Part shown: positions 63,051 to 64,000 of the stretch, piece by piece
How the letters are laid out: the number at the start of each line of letters is the position of its first letter
Numbering within the stretch: position 1 is the stretch's first letter
Source: Lepidodermella squamata
Lineage: Eukaryota > Animalia > Gastrotricha
Direction of reading: 5' to 3'
Assembly (NCBI GenBank): GCA_047495785.1
Contig: JBLDXI010000007.1
Coordinates: 2,542,001 to 2,606,000 of the forward strand
DNA: 64,000 nt
Notes under the pieces: generated by a model
What the model saw: only the letters and a program-made list of their open reading frames with translations
The model's database searches: none
What the model was told of the DNA's origin: nothing
Program-made: the position numbers and the translations under genes

Positions 63051-63311
63051 CTAGCGGCGGCCTTGGCCAGCGAGCATAGCCCAAACGTCGCCGTTGAAAT
63101 TCACACCATCGATTTGACGATCGCCAAAGTCCTGTTGGTGGAATCCATCGTCAAATGCGAAATCGCTCAGAAGGCTCGATCGTTTGGAAGCTCTTGCCGC
63201 TTTCGAAAATTTCGATAGCTTCTTGTTGTAGCCTCCCAACGCCTCGGTGAAATCCAGCAGGGCGAGCACAACCAAGAAGACGGCCAAGTAGAGCATGATT
63301 TTTCCTGCCAT
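63051..63311 (-). CDS. Putative amidated-peptide precursor 3 (single coding exon)
   Basis: Signal peptide MAGKIMLYLAVFLVVLALLDFTEA, internal KK and KR sites and an acidic spacer; ends R-QIDGVNFNGDVWAMLAGQ-GRR-stop. Confidence 0.78.
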   Translation of the reverse strand: MAGKIMLYLAVFLVVLALLDFTEALGGYNKKLSKFSKAARASKRSSLLSDFAFDDGFHQQDFGDRQIDGVNFNGDVWAMLAGQGRR

Positions 63312-64000
63312 TTTGTGTTGATAAAATCTCGTAAATAAAACTAGAAATGAAAAGTGTAAATTTGTAGGACTAAACATTCGTTTGTATACACTGCTACTCA
63401 AGCTGAATAATTGGGGTAAAATGAATTATCGTTTGCAGACAGTTTGAGAGTAGAGGGCGGCTATAGTTCAAGTGAGATAGAAATGTCGCGGTTTGTTGCA
63501 GCGTAAAAAATTGCCGCGTATATATAGTTGCGCGCTTTTAATTAAATTGCGCACTCTAATCCGCGACCAGGGCTGCTTGCGCCCAGACAAAAAAATACGC
63601 AAGTAATCAGCTGATAATCGGATGCTGCGGCTCATTATCATTATCATCGTGGCTTGTTTTTTTGCAAATTATTGACATGGCTTAGGCTCAATTACTACGG
63701 CTGCCGGACGTAGAATGTCACTTCCTGCGCTGTTATTATAAGCAATTTCCTGCGCATTGTGTGGGTTAATACTTTTTGATGAACTCCCCTGCACTTTTAG
63801 GAAGACCGCTTGTCGCGTGGAATGATAATACCGTCGGACGCAGTTGATTAAGCGCGGCGGGGCTCATCGAAATCTTAACCAGGTCAAGTGGTTCGTTTTT
63901 AGATGTTCGATCTAGAATGTAGCTCTAAGTCTTCGTACGTCAGACAAATGATGAAAAAACTGTCACTTGAACTTCGACTTGTGCAGATAGGAATTCGTAA

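Noticed and set aside
1-64000. Prokaryotic-type systems (operons, defence islands, rRNA/tRNA genes)
   Set aside because: Spliceosomal introns and metazoan gene families occur throughout, and no RNA genes were recognised.

Overview
Gene-dense eukaryotic (metazoan, probably invertebrate) genomic DNA with many short (about 45-70 nt) GT-AG introns; the taxon cannot be assigned from sequence alone. The window consists mostly of tandem paralog arrays of secreted and membrane proteins. These are four intronless GABA-B-like class C GPCRs (1.6-18.8 kb), four copies plus one relic of a large secreted PAN/C-type-lectin/kringle mosaic protein (11-20 kb and 47-61 kb), four Patched-related (PTR/PTCHD, SSD-RND) genes (27-46 kb), and three small secreted precursors that all end in G-R-R-stop (61-63 kb). 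Single-copy genes are an aldo-keto reductase, a dispanin/CD225-like protein, a secreted LamG-like protein and a divergent intronless Cys-loop channel subunit. Several non-autonomous DNA transposons are present. The most notable observations are: (1) a candidate new family of amidated peptides; (2) a shared upstream motif linking all lectin copies and the unrelated Cys-loop channel; (3) an apparently split, nested C-type lectin architecture; (4) Dispatched-like furin sites in all four PTRs and a stand-alone ORF carrying only the PTR C-terminal motif; (5) a recent CATAG/8-bp-TSD transposon that interrupts a lectin exon, plus a 35-bp P-element-style excision footprint. All domain calls come from motif recognition by eye, without database searches.
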